NCBI RefSeq assembly: GCF_009914755.1
Contig: NC_060932.1
DNA length: 64,000 nt
Origin: the human T2T-CHM13v2.0 reference genome, Homo sapiens
Reading direction: 5' to 3' (one strand)
Shown here: in pieces, positions 1 to 14,271 of the stretch
How the letters are laid out: each line of letters opens with the position of its first letter
Position numbering within the stretch: position 1 is the first letter of the stretch
Notes under the pieces: generated by a model
The model's input: the letters and a program-made list of their open reading frames with translations, nothing else
Database searches by the model: none
Told to the model about the DNA's origin: nothing
Translations under genes and position numbers: made by a program

Positions 1-635
<635 letters not shown>

Positions 636-1199
636 TTAAAGGAGCGTGCTGCAGTGGAATACGTGGTTGGAAGTCAGCAGACCAAGGCTTGAAATCCAGA
701 TGGAGGCCACTAGCTCATCATTATGATTTTGGGAAATATAAATATATTGGGAAAAACGTGAATTTTGAAACCACAGTAACTGTGTTCTGGTCCTTGCTTT
801 GCAGACTGAATGACAACCTCACATACGCTTTGTTCTCTCCCCTAAAGCGTAGTAATAACACTACCTACTCTGGAGATTGTTGTAAAGTCTGTATTATTAA
901 CTTCTTCATCAAATATTTATTGCGCATGTAATAGATGCTCTAAGGACAGTTCTAAGCTCTGAGAATACACTGACAACAAATCCGTCCTGCATGGAGCTTA
1001 TATTCTAATGAGGGTAGAGAGACAAACAAGAAACAAATCTGTGATATGACTAAATATCAGAGTATTATAACAATTGTGCAGAAAAATTAAGCAACTCAGA
1101 CCTTGGAAGGAAGGAGTGGTAGGTCAGACAGAAGATGTAGAAGGAAAGTTTAAAAAGAAAGAGGAAGAAAATTATCACACAGAACAAAACCAAGAAAAA

Positions 1200-3045
1200 G
1201 CAGATCACAAAAGTATATAGAAAAATTACAAACACAAAAAGCCAACAGAATGTATGACATAACCAAGACCAAACATTTATACCACAGCAATGCATATAAA
1301 TGGCCTAAACTCACTTATGAATTAAAAAGACTTTGAAGTTGGATCAGAAAGCAAAACTCAATGCTTCATCCAAGAGAACCACATAAAAATGTGATTCTCA
1401 AAGGTTTAAATTCAAATGATAGGCAAAAGTATACCAGCCAAACAAAAAGAAGGCAGGGGTGGTAGTTATAATATCAAAGAGGGATGAAATAAGGGCAAAA
1501 AACATGAAAGGAGACAGAGAAGGGCATCTTAAATAATAAAGGGGACAGCCAAAGGACAACAGTTATGAGCATCTGTGTGCCACAGGCCATCAGCATTCAC
1601 ACTGCAGGTATCATGGGACACACACATGTCACATCAATACAAGATCACTCATGGTGCAATGGACCCACATGAGCATTAGTTGTGATTCACCTCTCAAACC
1701 CCATGGTAGATCAAATAAGAAAGGATCTTAAAGAACTACCCCGTATCATTAATAAAGTAGAGCTAATTGATACATTTTCAACTCAATACACTTAAAACAA
1801 GGAACATAACTTGTTTAAAAATGTCCATGGCATAGTTACAAAAATCTTAGCACAAAGAAAACTTGGTAAATTGTAAGTGGTAAAAATAGTATTGAACTGA
1901 TAATACCATTATATTAGAAAGCAATAACAAAAGAAGAAAACAAAACAAAGTAATTACCATAGGAAGTTTTTTTAAAAACTATCATTTAACTCTCGGGACA
2001 GAAGTGAAATATAAATTAATTGCAGAATGCCTAAAACATATCAAACATTAAAACATTAAATTCTAGAACATGGAAAAGAGTAGAAACAGGGACCACCGGA
2101 AAATTCATATCCTTAAATAACTGTATTTATAATAGGAAATTTTAAATGAATTAAATATGCAACCCACAGGTAGATATTTAGAAAGGCAAAAAGGCATTGA
2201 GGGAGGACTATCTATAGCAGATATTAAAATATACTGTACTGTAAAGCTAGAACGACTACAAGGGTGGTGCTCACTCCTGGGTACACGGACAGAAGAGAGT
2301 CCAACAATTTCCCTAAATATATGAGAAAAGTGATTGGGAAAAGATAGATTATTGATTAAATGACTTGGGGCCAATTAGGTGGCTTTTTAGAAAAACAAAG
2401 GGAGGACCCATGCCGCACTCACCTTAGTATATTCCAGATAAATAAAAGGTTTGAATATTAAAGCAAATGAGACCATGAACGTACCAGGAGAAAACATGGG
2501 AGAATGTTTTAAAAATGTAATCCAAATGAAGCAGGTCTTTTAAAGCATGGTTCCAACACAGAAGATATTTTTTAAGAGATTGCTCCATTTGAAAGGAATA
2601 TCATACAGTGCGACTCACTCTGGTGAGGAATGACATATTTCACGAGGATATTTGTTGCCATCATGCTTATAACAGCAAAACATTAGAAACAACCTACGTC
2701 CATCAAAAGGTACAGAGTAAATAAAGGAGGATGCATCTGATGCATAGGTTCAAAAGAATGCACCAGCTCCACAGGATGGAGATGGAAACATACCCGAGAT
2801 CTACCATTAAGTGAAAAAATAAAAATAAACAAACATGGTAGAACAGCTGTCACAGGACACCATTAAGGAAAAGAAATTTACAGACTATGTCTGCAGACAC
2901 AACCAGAAATGGGACAACAGCAGCCCATGGGGAGAGGATCAGGGTTAAGGAGAAGGAGACTTGTACATCCTTTCTTACCTCCTAAATTCTGAAGTATGTT
3001 TGTGCATATTTTTTCTTTGCAACATAAATAAAGCAAATAAACACT
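1200..3045 (+). mobile_element. Degenerate old L1M (ORF2 endonuclease region through 3' UTR fragments)
   Basis: A-rich; tataccagccaaacaaaaagaaggcaggggtggtagttataatatca encodes YQPNKKKAGVVVIIS, resembling the L1 EN motif YQAN..KKAGVAILIS. Confidence 0.7.
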
Positions 3046-3934
3046 TAGTGCACTGGCTTGCAGGGGCTACCATGCAGTGGGAGAAAGGCTTTCCACTGAT
3101 ATTCTGAGGCTTTCCCTTGGAAGTGGGGAGTGGGGCAGTGCTGGGAGGCGGGCCGTCTCTCTTCGCTCCCACACTTACTCGCTGGTGGTCATGAAATCAG
3201 CTTTATGATTTTCAAGTTCCCTCTCTGTAAAACAAGGGTGGTTTTATGTATCTGATGAGGTTGTGTGAGGACTGTGTGACATGAGTGAATTTAAATGCCA
3301 GCAAAGTCCCTGCAGTAGAGGCTTCTCAATAAAGGTAGTTATGCTGATTACAAGTGAGAGTCCGCCAGCTGAGAGGTGCCTTCGCTCTGTGGCTCAGTTT
3401 TGTTATAACCCGGACACCTGGGCCCACCTTGGGTAGGCATAGGGCATGCTATGTTGAGTCCATTTTTATTAGCTCTTGGCTTATTAGGATTAATAACCTG
3501 CTACTTGCCACTCTATGGAGATTTCAGACTTCTTTCCTTAGCTTGTTTTCAGAACCTGACAGCTGCACTCACATCACCCTTTCCTCAGCACCTGCAGGCA
3601 TTTATACTGTGTCTCTCATTTCCTGCTGGAGGGTCTGCCCCAGCCCCGCGAGCCAGAAGGCACTAGGAGCACACCAGTTGGCCTAATGCCACACTGAGGA
3701 GGACTATTAGAACCTTATATTTCCTGGAATCTGAATCAAATGATGAAAGGCATGGCCCCATGTCCCATTCCCCCACAGGAATAGACGACTGCAGAAATTA
3801 CCCTTCCAAAAAAAGATGTCTCTTAAAGAAAGCAGCAGGCAGCTAGAGGAGGAGGAGTAAGAGCTGAGGTACCCCAGAGGCAGCCCCCCTGAGTCTAGCA
3901 CAGACTGGCACCAAAGGTGTTCAATAGCAATTTG

Positions 3935-5125
3935 CTGGATGGGTGAATATGTGGGTGAATGGACGAATATGTGGGTGGGTAGGTGGGTGGATGGACTGAT
4001 GAGCGGATAGGTGGGTGAATGGATCAATGGGTAGGTAGATGAATGAGTTAGTGGGTGGCTGGATGAATGGATGGGTGAGTGGGAGCAGACAGATAGTGGT
4101 CAGATGAATGAGTTGATGGATGGGTAGATAGGCTGGTGGATAAGCTGGTGGATGGGCTTGTGGATAAATGAGTGGGCTGGTAGATGGGTTGGTGGGTAAA
4201 TGGTTGGATAAGTGGATGGATGGATGGATGAGTGGGCTGGTAGATGGGTTGGTGGGTAAATGGTTGGATGAGTGGATGGATGGATGGATGGATGGGTGGG
4301 CTGGTGGATGGGCTGGTGGGTAAATGGTTGGATGAGTGGATGGATGGATGAGTGGGCTGGTAGACGGGTTGGTGAGTAAATGGTTGGATGGATCAGTGGG
4401 CCAGTGGATGGGTTGGTGTGTAAATGGTTGGATGAGTGGATGGATGGATGGATGGATGGATGGGCGGGCTGGTAGATGGGTTGGTGGGTAAATGGTTGGA
4501 TGAGTGGATGGATAGATGCGTAGGCTGGTGGATGGGTTGATGGGTAAATGGTTGGATAAGTGGGTGGATGGATGGATGGATGGATGGATGGATGGATGGA
4601 TGGGCTGGTGGATGGGTTGGTGGGTAGACGGTTGCATAAGTGGATGGACGGATGGGTGGGCTGGTGGATGGGTTGATGGGTAAATGGTTGGATAAGTGGG
4701 TGGATGGATGGATGGATGGATGGACGGATGGATGGGCTGGTGGATGGGTTGGTGGGTAGACGGTTGCATAAGTGGATGGACGGATGGGTGGGCTGGTGGA
4801 CGGGTTGATGGGTAAATGGTTGGATAAGTGGATGGATGGATGGGTGGGCTGGTGGATGGGTTGGTGGGTAGACAGTTGGATAAGTGGATGGATGGATGGG
4901 TGGGTGGGTGGGCTGGTGGATGGGTTGGTGGGTAAATGGTTGGATAAGTGGATGGATGAGTGGGCTGGTAGATGGGTTGGTGGGTAAATGGTTGGATGAG
5001 TAGATGGATGGATGGGTGGGTGGGCTGGTAGATGGGTTGGTGGGTAAATAGTTGGATGGATGAGTGGGTTGGTGGGTAGATGGTTGGATAGGTGGGTGGG
5101 TAGGTGGCAGGGATGGGGAATGGAT
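3935..5125 (+). repeat. Complex (GGAT/GGGT)n tandem repeat with higher-order units, ~1.2 kb
   Basis: Repeated ggctggtRgatgggttgRtgggtaaatggttggatRagt cores separated by variable (ggat)n; begins at an L2-like 3' end (~3880-3940). Confidence 0.95.
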
Positions 5126-7610
5126 GCTTGGAGGATAAAAGTAAGCGAATGAAAGTCTAGAATAGTGCTTCAAGACCAGTCTTGACGTTACTGCTGATTT
5201 GTCTGGGAACGCTGGGTCAGTCCATCAGCATCTCCCAGCCTCATTTTCCTCATGGATAGAAAGAGGATGCCAACACATTGATCACTGATAGGTGATCATA
5301 TTATTCATCATAAAAGGATAACAGTAATAAGTGAACACTCACAAGTGCATCAGCTGGACCCTTCCCAGCATCCTGGTTTGGGCAGAACTGTCCCTTTCTC
5401 CCCAGCACCTTCCCCCACCCCTCCATCAGGCTGTGAGTGAGTGCCGGGGGTAAGCCAACTGCTCCCTGCACTTGCTCTCCCTCAGTGCCATGCCCTGCTC
5501 AGGAGGATCCAGGAAGCCAGGCAGAGCACCTCCTCTCATCTGCCTGGACACAGTCACTGTTTCCAAGGAGCTCACAGTCTTGGGAAGAGGACAGACAAAT
5601 GGCCAAGTAAATGGGAGGGGGTGTCATGCAGGAGCAGACAAGGGTGATGAAGGCCTCCTGCAGTGAGAGTTACTTCAGGTGGAAGCAGCCAGGGGCTGGG
5701 AGGACAATTCGTTCCACTTGGCTTCTGTTCTCGGCCATATTCCTGTCCTTTGTACTGGAGTTTTCTCCAGAGACCTGGCTCAGAAAGATGTAGCCCTGGC
5801 TCTAGGATCAGAACCCCTAGTCCACCTCTGGCCTCCGGAAACAAACACCAGCCCAGCCACCATGGTGCCACATTCTGTGCTGGCTCTGGGGTTAGTACCT
5901 CCCTCTCCCAGGACTGGAGCGCACATCCTCTCAAACTGGCTGCTGCCTTGCCGAGGATCCAGACTGACCCACAGTCAGGCCGTTCTTCTCGGCAGGAGCA
6001 TGGGTCAGTCAACCACCCTGAAGGCCAGGCTGGCCACAGGCACGCACGCTGCACCAGTAAGGCTGCTCTGGGAATGGATCCTTGGGAACTGACCAGGGCT
6101 GTCGTAAGGCAGATGCCAGGAATACGTGCCTTAGAGTTATAAATGGAAAAATGAAACATTAATAAGCGATAATAAGGGACTGTCTCAGTGCATCTGGGCA
6201 CATCAACATGGAACTATTTAAATCATGTGGAAGAATGACATCTACGCCTAGGCTCAAATCTGGCCTTGGACCGATAGGAGGAGGATGGCCTCATTCACTC
6301 TTTGATGGAGTCAGCAAACCCGTACTGAGCACCCGCAGGTGCTGAGGATGCTGCTGCATTCTCAGGCACCCACCAGCAGCGGAAGACACAGCCCGCAGAC
6401 AGTACAACCTTAAGGAGAAAGACACCATGCTGGGGGTGGGGAAACGCGCAGGCGGAAATGCAGCTGGGCCCAGGCGAGGCACAAACGTGTGGGGCCAGGG
6501 AGGCCAAGGCAGGCTGCCTACAAGAACCTGAGTTAGAAGGAAAGGGCTGGATAAGCCTATGGGAGGCAGCAGGTATGAAGGCCTGGGGGGAGCATGGCTC
6601 ACAGGGACAAGCAACTGCAGCTGAGGAAGCCTGGAGCCCAGGTCACAGGGAAGATAGACAGGCCCAGGGAAGGGAGGCAAGGATGAAGAAGGCGCTGTGG
6701 GCAGTGGGGGGCCTTCTGAGCCAAAGGCCAGGCTTGGGAGTCCATCCTCAGGGCTCTGTAGCCATGAGAATTCTCCAGGTAGGAGAACAACAAGCATGGC
6801 CACAGGTGGAAGATCGCCCTGAGCGCCGTGGGAAAGACAAGTCCCACACGCGCATAACCGGGGGCAGGGACAGCAGCTATGGGACCAGTCACAAAGCCTC
6901 TCCACCCACCGGTTTCTTCCAAAAGCAGACAGTGCTTACCCCACTGGGGCATTGGGAGGAACAGATGAGGGGACGCTGGAAGTTACGCCTTCCTGAAAGG
7001 CGCAGTAGGTGCTCCACAAACACTTTTTCTTTTGGGGATCAAGATCACAATTAAGCAGGCTCCCAAATGGTATTTCAAACAGAGATGTCTGCAGCTAAAT
7101 AGAAGATTGAGGAGTGAAGGTAGACAGGACGGGGGAAGAAGAGAGAGGAGGGAGAGGAGAGAGACAAGGCAGCAGGCAGGGTGGGGACAGGCCCTGCATC
7201 CAGGCTGCCTGGGTTCAGATGGGATGAGGTGGCCCTGGGGCTGCCACATTCCAGGTTTCCTTTCTCCCGTCCACATGAGGGATGTCGTAGCAACCTCCTC
7301 CAGGGTTGCCACAGGGACGCAGAAAGGAGACTGCGCCTGAAACACAGCAGCCATGTCCACAGATGGAACACTGGGGGCCTGTGAACAGAGGCCTCTCCAA
7401 ATGGGGGATTAGGAGCTGGGGCTTTTCCTCTGAATATAGGTTGTTTTCATTTTTTTTCCCCCTTCAAAAAGAAGGTAACTACTTTTGTAAAGAAAAACAA
7501 ACGATCCTCTTTGTCAACCCATGCCCAGGGATGCCAACTGGGCCATGCGACAGCCTTCGCCCCCCACACCCACTGCCGGGCAAGCTGGGCCTCAGGCCAG
7601 TTGCCACAAG

Positions 7611-7762
7611 CCGTCATGGTCCCCAGGAAGTGGCTCTCAACTCAGGCCGACCAGGCTCTCAGAGTCACCAAAACCACCCAATTCACCATCGTGGTCTCCA
7701 GGAAGTGGCTCTCAGCTCAGGCAGACCAGGCCCTCAGAGTCAACAAAACCACCCAGTTCACC
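7611..7762 (+). repeat. 75-bp tandem duplication (2 copies)
   Basis: ccRtcRtggtcYccaggaagtggctctcaRctcaggc...aaaaccacccaRttca at 7611-7685 and 7686-7760. Confidence 0.9.
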
Positions 7763-8554
7763 TGCCCCAGTGGGCGGAGGCTCCTCCACAGGCCTCAGAA
7801 GTACTGACTAACACTGGCCTGGAGCAGATGTTTGGAGATGTGGGCTGTGCTGGAAAAATCCACTGCTGGTGCTGTTGCTAAGCTACCTGGGAAGGAGGCA
7901 GAGGGCCGGTGGGCAAGCCCAGCTGCCAGGGTGGCCTGGGGCACCCACTGCCACCATCGGTGCGGCTGTCCTACTGTCCGGCTAGTGGGAGCCGGCTTTC
8001 TCACTCCCTTTTCCAGGCAGTCTGAGCTCTGAATGTATTCAGCAACTCGTAGCAGCCATTCTACATGAATTTCATGTTAGAAATAAACAAAGCTCCCCAC
8101 ATGATGTCCATGTTACACAATTTGATGAAAGGGCACGTTCTCGCTGTAGGGACATGTCTCTCTGCAAAGCCCCAGAAAGCACCAGGACGCAGCTCAGCCT
8201 CAGAGGCACCAGGCAGAGCTCTGGCTGCTGGCACCGTGGGCTCCAGACTCCTGAACGGAGCTGGCTCAGGGCAGAAGGTGCTGTTCGGATGGAAGCAGCA
8301 ACACCCAGACACCATGGGATCCACAGCCTGCTCCAGGTGGTCTGTCCTCGGGGAGGCCCATGGGTTCTGAGCCACATCCTCATGCGTACCGGGACTCCTT
8401 CCCAGGAAGGCGGCAGCTGGGGGTCAGGCTCTAGTCTGTCTCTCGCCTCTGCTTCCGGGACATCTGCACAAGCTCTGAGGCCAGCAAATACCAGGATCTG
8501 TGTAAACAACCTGCTGACTGATCTGGAACCCCAGCCCTCATCTGACAGAGAGTG

Positions 8555-8655
8555 GCTCTAAGGCAGGGATTGAGTTTATTTTTGGGTCCCCAGCACTGAG
8601 GACAGTGCCTGGTGCAGAGTAGTGATCAACAGATGTTTATTGAATGAATGGATGG
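8555..8655 (+). mobile_element. L2 3' end
   Basis: tccccagcac..acagtgcctggtgcagagtag..tcaacagatgtttattgaatgaatg matches the L2 terminus. Confidence 0.7.
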
Positions 8656-9684
8656 ATCAATCAATCAATCAACATCCTCCATGCAACCTTAGGCCCCCAG
8701 CCTCACCTCCCTCTCCTTACCAGCCCACCCATCTTCCCTGTGGTTCCAGGCTCCAACAACAGCAATCATTTGTCCCCACGAACCATGTCCAGCCCCACCT
8801 CACTCTTCTAGGCCTTTGTATCTGCTGTCCGCTATACTCTCCTAGTCATGAAGAGTTTGGACCTTGAGCCATGCTCCCCAAATGTGAGAGCACCACATCT
8901 CCTCCAAGATAAGGCAGAGGACTGTCTCGCACACAAGCTATCAGGTGGCTGCTCTGCCTCCCAGGCTGGTGTTGCCCTCGTTCCCACATGTGCAGCCTTC
9001 ACATCACAGCTCAGAACTGGAGCTCACGGTGGGATTTGCTTGGTGATTAGTTGGAGAATGTGTACTGAAAATATCCACTCCATAATGTGGATAAAACCTA
9101 ATCTGTATTCACTGGATGTCTATGAAAGACAGCACAGACCAATCATTGATGCATCTGAGAAAATACAAAGAGCTATAAAGAGGAAAGTGTTAGCAGTGGA
9201 AGAGGCAGGCGGAGGGTGGCACAGTCGTGGGACACTCAAATCCGCATGGCAAATGCCTAGCCCCATTAGTCACCATGACCGGGTCTCTATGGAAACGCCT
9301 GGAAGATGGTCCTCAAAATAGACAGTCAGGGAGCATGCTGGGTTTCTGCAGCAGGCACAGAAAGGTCCAGCCCTACCTCCTGCTCTTCCCACCTGGAGGA
9401 TGGGAGCAGCACACCCTTTCCAGGACTGTTCATGGGCTGAGACGGAGGGGTCTCGGGAGCTCCAGCCCGATGTGCAGATTCGGGGTCCAGTTGTGAGCAT
9501 GGCCCTGCTCCTGGCCCAGCCCTGCCCTCTGCCTCCTGCCTTGCCATCAGACCCTCTGCAGCAGGAACACACTCACTCCGGGATTCAGGCCCCAGAAGCA
9601 GGGAGATTCTGGTGGTCCCCCACTGCCCGTAGTCTGGCATCAGCACCCACAGCACAGCCCCCAAAGATCACACCCGCCTCTGTG

Positions 9685-9756
9685 AGCCTGAGGAACATGC
9701 TCTCTGCTGGGCTCCAAGCCTGAGGAACATGAGGAACATGCTCTCTGCTGGGCTCC
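9685..9756 (+). repeat. Small nested tandem duplication
   Basis: tgaggaacatgctctctgctgggctcc occurs twice, with an extra tgaggaaca copy between. Confidence 0.85.
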
Positions 9757-10657
9757 TGGGGGTTTCTTCAAACCTCCACTAAGTATCTTCACTTTACAAG
9801 AGGGAAACCCAAGTTCACAGGACTTGACCATCAGCTGAAGTCAAGACTCACCACGAGGGTGCAGCGGAGGCTGTGCCGAGACCCCAGTTGGCTCAGCGCT
9901 GACTCCTTGCCAGTCCGAGCCACGCAACTGCTGTCATCATCACACAATAAAGTTGACAGCTTTGCTCTCTGCCAAGATCCCATAAAATATTAATAACTTC
10001 TGAGAATCCACGCTGAGGGAATCGCCCCAAAACACAGAAAAGGCTCTAGAAAAAGCCACTACATGTAACTTTTATAATAGCAAACATTCTGAAGCAATCT
10101 AAATGTTCAACAATAGAACAAGTATTAAATTATCTTGTATTCATTTGATAAAGTATAGTTCAGCCCTTAACAATATGTGCGAGACATGTTTATAACATGG
10201 GAAATGCTTATACTTTTGTCAAGCGTAAAAAGGGACACAGAAGTATAAATACAGTAGGATCATCCCTATGGACAAAATTAGAATTGGAAAGTAGCAAAAA
10301 GACTTGGGAATGCACAAAAATGAATTAGAGGTTGTTTTGGGGATAGGGAAAGGCTGTTTTTTTATCTATGTTTTCTGATTGTCTCTCATCTTCTACCATG
10401 AGAATATATTCCTTTCATGAAGTGATCTAGCCGGAGGTTGAGATTCTGGTGGAAGGAACTCATATTTGAACCTGGGGCTGTTCCCTCCCAGCTGTGCAGT
10501 GCTGGGGGAGACCAGCTGTGCTGAGCTCAAGTTCTTCCTCTACATGGGAGAACCTCAGGCTTCAGGGCTGTGGCAGGGCTCGGAAATAACAACCTAAAGA
10601 CCTCACGCCTGGCCCAGCAGGTGAGCTGTCCTGCAAAACAGTTGCTTTGAAATTAGA

Positions 10658-10927
10658 GGCTGGGCCTGCTAGCTTGCACCTGAACTCCCAGCACTTTGGG
10701 AGGCCAAAGCAGAAGGAACGCTTGAGGCCGGGAGTTCAAGACCAGCCTGGGCAACATAGGGAGACCCCATCTCTACAAAAATTAACAAATACAAATAACA
10801 AATACAAAAATTAGCTGCATGTGGTTGAAGCGAGAGGATCGCTGAGCCCAGGAGGTCAAGAATGCAGTGAGCTATGATTGCACCACTGCATTCCAGCCTG
10901 AGCGATAAGCAGGAGCCTGTCTCAAAA
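10658..10927 (+). mobile_element. AluJ with internal deletion
   Basis: Diverged Alu with J-type features (gggcaacatagggagacccc, gagctatgattgcacc). Confidence 0.85.
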
Positions 10928-13900
10928 CTATGTACAAATTCAAAAATTCAAGAAGAAACTTTTCCTTTTTGAACTGAATTAGTGAGCCTGCTCCAAGTCA
11001 GAGAAAGAATCAGTCAGGCCAGGCCAAAGCTGGGGATACTGAGTCTGCCAGGGAACGAGGGCCCAGCCCGGCATGGCGGCCTACGGGTGTGATAGAAACT
11101 CCCACAGGCCATGGGGGCTTCTAGGGAGCTGCAGCCTTAGTTCATCCTTGGAGGGGACTCTGGAAGAATGGTGAGGGGAGCCCAGGTCATGGGGGGTGGG
11201 GCGCAGGGAACACGGCAGCCCCAAAGCCCTGGCTGGGGGTGAGGAGTGGGTGGGTCCGAGACCTGGATTCCACTGCGCGGGATGGGAGGGGAGCTTCCTG
11301 GGCTGTGTCCCTGGATGTGGACCCTGCACCACACGTGCTCCCAGTGGGCCTGAAGGCAGGTGCAGGACGTGGTCATAGTGAGGGGCAGACAAAACTCACC
11401 CTCTTCTCATGCACCACCACACCGTGGCTGGCTAACTAAGGTCTGAACTCTCCACCTGTCCCTGCCCAGATGGTAAACTCAACCCATCCCTCTAACCTAA
11501 CTGAGAGCTCCCTCCTCCACAACACCATCCCAGCCCCTTCCCTTCAGAGCCATCTCCCCTCCTCCCAAATGCCCTCTGCCTGCAGGATCAGGCTGCTCCG
11601 GCCCCCGCAGGCTCTCCCCAGGCCTCCCCTGTGTTGGCCCTGCTGTCCTACACCAGGCACCTCCTCTCCTAGCCTGGAGTTCCTCGAGGGAATGAAGAGA
11701 GAGAAGACAGAGAAAGAAACCAGGGAGATTTTAAATGCTCGATTTGTGAGCACTGGTTACATGGCAAGGAATTATTTGTGTTAGCTTGTTTCATTCTCCC
11801 AACATCCCTGCAAGGTGGGTGAGTCACAACACTTCACAGAGAACCAGAGCTCAGAGCATAAGTAACTGCTCAGGGCACTCGGCCAACTTGGCAAAACACA
11901 GCAAACTTGAGACCAGAAGCAGGTCTGTGGGATTTGAAGCCAAGATCGTTCCATGGGGTCCGCGTCTGCTTGTTCCTCCACATCCCAAGGGCCTGAACTA
12001 TAAGTCACAGGGCAAGGTGCCTGTTCTCCCTCTCTTTGTATATACACAGATATATAAATGTGTGATCCCAAACAATGCTCAAAGAGAAGACTCTGCTCAG
12101 AAATGGAAAACCCCCACATGGCTTCTTCGGGAAGAGATGCCATTCAACTCAGCTGAGGTCCCTGCAGGCTTTCACTGTGATCTTGCTGCAGTCAGGGACC
12201 AACCCAGGTGTGCAGGCGGCCGGCATAGCCATGGCTCCCAAGCAAAGCAAAGATGCCAAGGGCCTCTTAAGTGGCAGAATGCAGTAGGAGTGGAAATGGA
12301 TACCCTGGTGGCCATGGCAAGACCCTTGCCCCACTGGGACTCACAGATCCAGCTGTAGCATTGGGGAGGGGGCTGGAGTCACCTTGACCCCTGCTACCCA
12401 GTTCAGCTCCCATGCCCTATGACTTGCAAAGTCTCAAGAATGTGCTGGGGTCCCGTTTAAGGTTTAAGGACTTGACCCAACCCAGACCCTCCCTGCACTC
12501 CCCACCCTCCTCACAGGGGAAGGCTGAGTGTCCTGTGCCCCCTTGGAAGATCACCTTGGAAATCCAAGTTCCAACAGTGCCCACGTCACAATCGAGAGTC
12601 AAGTGCCCATGTGATGACTAAACATCTCAAGATCCCTAAAAAGGTTCATAGCCTTTGACCTAGCAGTAACTCTTAACTAGAAAACTTGTCTAGTCAGAAA
12701 ATCGAATCAAAATGTATGTATTAACATGTTCACTGGAAACAGCAAGATATGATAATAGTGAGATAAACTGTGACACTGCAAACAGGAAAATATCATGCCC
12801 CATTTCTGGAAATGGTTCCACACTGTAGTGCTAGGCCCTGGCCTTGGCAGGTGCCGCCAGCGACTAAAAGCGCACCGCTGAGCTGCTCACTGCCGGGGCT
12901 CCCACAGGGACAGGCTCACCTCCTGAAGGCAGAAATGCCTTTCAGATCTTAGCATTGTTTCTTAAAAGCCATGCATTTTCTCCAGGATAAAGGGATTATA
13001 TTCGCATTATTTGCCAACATGCCTCTGTGCCCACAACCGGCAACCCAAACACTATCAATTACCAAACAGAAAAAGCAAGCCTGGGGAAGAAACGACGTGG
13101 TGCTGCAGAAGGAGCCTCCTGCCCTCCCGAGGTTCCTCTGGTGGCCTCTGGCTGGAGAGACTGTCCACAGGCTCACTCCAGGAGTGGCAGCAGCTGGACT
13201 ACCCCTCCCTGGGGAATTTGTTTCTTTTGCCTGATAGAATATATTAAGACAAGTTGAACCTCATTTTCACTAGTCTTTTTAGGGAATCCGAATTCCTTTA
13301 GATCCAGATGTATTTTCTGTTCAAACCTTAATAATTTAACAAAAATAGATCTGACTGCCAATTGGTTTGCTCAGCACTCATTTACAGAGCATCACATGTG
13401 GTAAGCGCCCCATCTCCTATCCACCCTTTATACCACCTGAGCTGCCTAACAACCTGCTGAAGCGGGAATTATGTCCTCCAAACTAGCAAATAGACCTGCT
13501 CTGGTCTCATGATGAAGTCACTCACCCACATCTGATGACTGTCCTCAGATGGCTGAAGTGCTGCGTCTCAAACCACCACCCTAACAAAGGCAAGGCTACC
13601 TTTCTTTAGTTATGAAAAAAAGAGCTGGCCTACCAACTGCTAACCATCTCTCTATGCCATGCAAACGAGACCTTAAAACCACCTTCTCAAATTCTCCAAG
13701 AACAGAGACAGAAAAAGATGGCAGCTCTTGGGCCAATTCCGACTCGCTGAAAGCAAGAAAAACATGTAACCACCTCTTAATGCCGTGGGCCACACTCCAG
13801 ACCGCAGGGCCTCACCCCTCTCCTTACTGTCCCCCAGACTGAAGAGCTCCTGCCTGGGCCTCCCTCTGATGGTGGCCCCACCATGCATGGAGGCCAGGAA

Positions 13901-14121
13901 GGGGGTCTATGCACTGCCCAGTCCCTGGGGTGGGCAAGGGGGTGGTGAGGATGAATGCCACAGATTCAAGGAGAGCCCCTTGTGAGTTTTCACACCAGGG
14001 CTTGGGTATATGGCTCCTAGAACTGGGTTGATCTTCCAGGAATAACAGAAATATCTGCATAAAAGACTCTGTAGCTTTTAAAACAGAAGTGATTATAATA
14101 AATCATTGCTTTGCAGGCGGT

Positions 14122-14271
14122 AGGGATTTATGGAGTGCCAGACACATTTACAAATGTCATTTCACTTTGATTCTGAGCCCCAGAGCAACGTGTGAGGTCG
14201 CCATGGGAGAGGTCCATGCCGCCCTGAGATGGGGAAATGGAGGCTCAGGGTGCCTCCCTGACGCAGCACGT
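14122..14271 (+). repeat. Left arm of 150-bp inverted duplication (MIR-derived)
   Basis: 140/150 identical to the reverse complement of 15913-16062 by manual alignment; MIR core ggggaaatggaggctcag. Confidence 0.92.

Noticed and set aside
2943-2953. U12 branch-like TCTCCTTAAC on the minus strand
   Set aside because: No AC or AG 10-20 nt downstream, and it lies in a GT-initiated U2 intron within an old L1.
3921-5173. 282-aa and 357-aa Pro/His/Ser/Thr-rich ORFs
   Set aside because: Translations of the (ATCC/ACCC)n tandem repeat, which lacks stops; no splice or coding context.
5441-9831. Dense cluster of 60-209-aa ORFs in GC-rich DNA (likewise 23-27 kb, 45-51 kb and 54-57 kb)
   Set aside because: They overlap in many frames, have low-information composition and no recognisable domains; expected in GC-rich intron.
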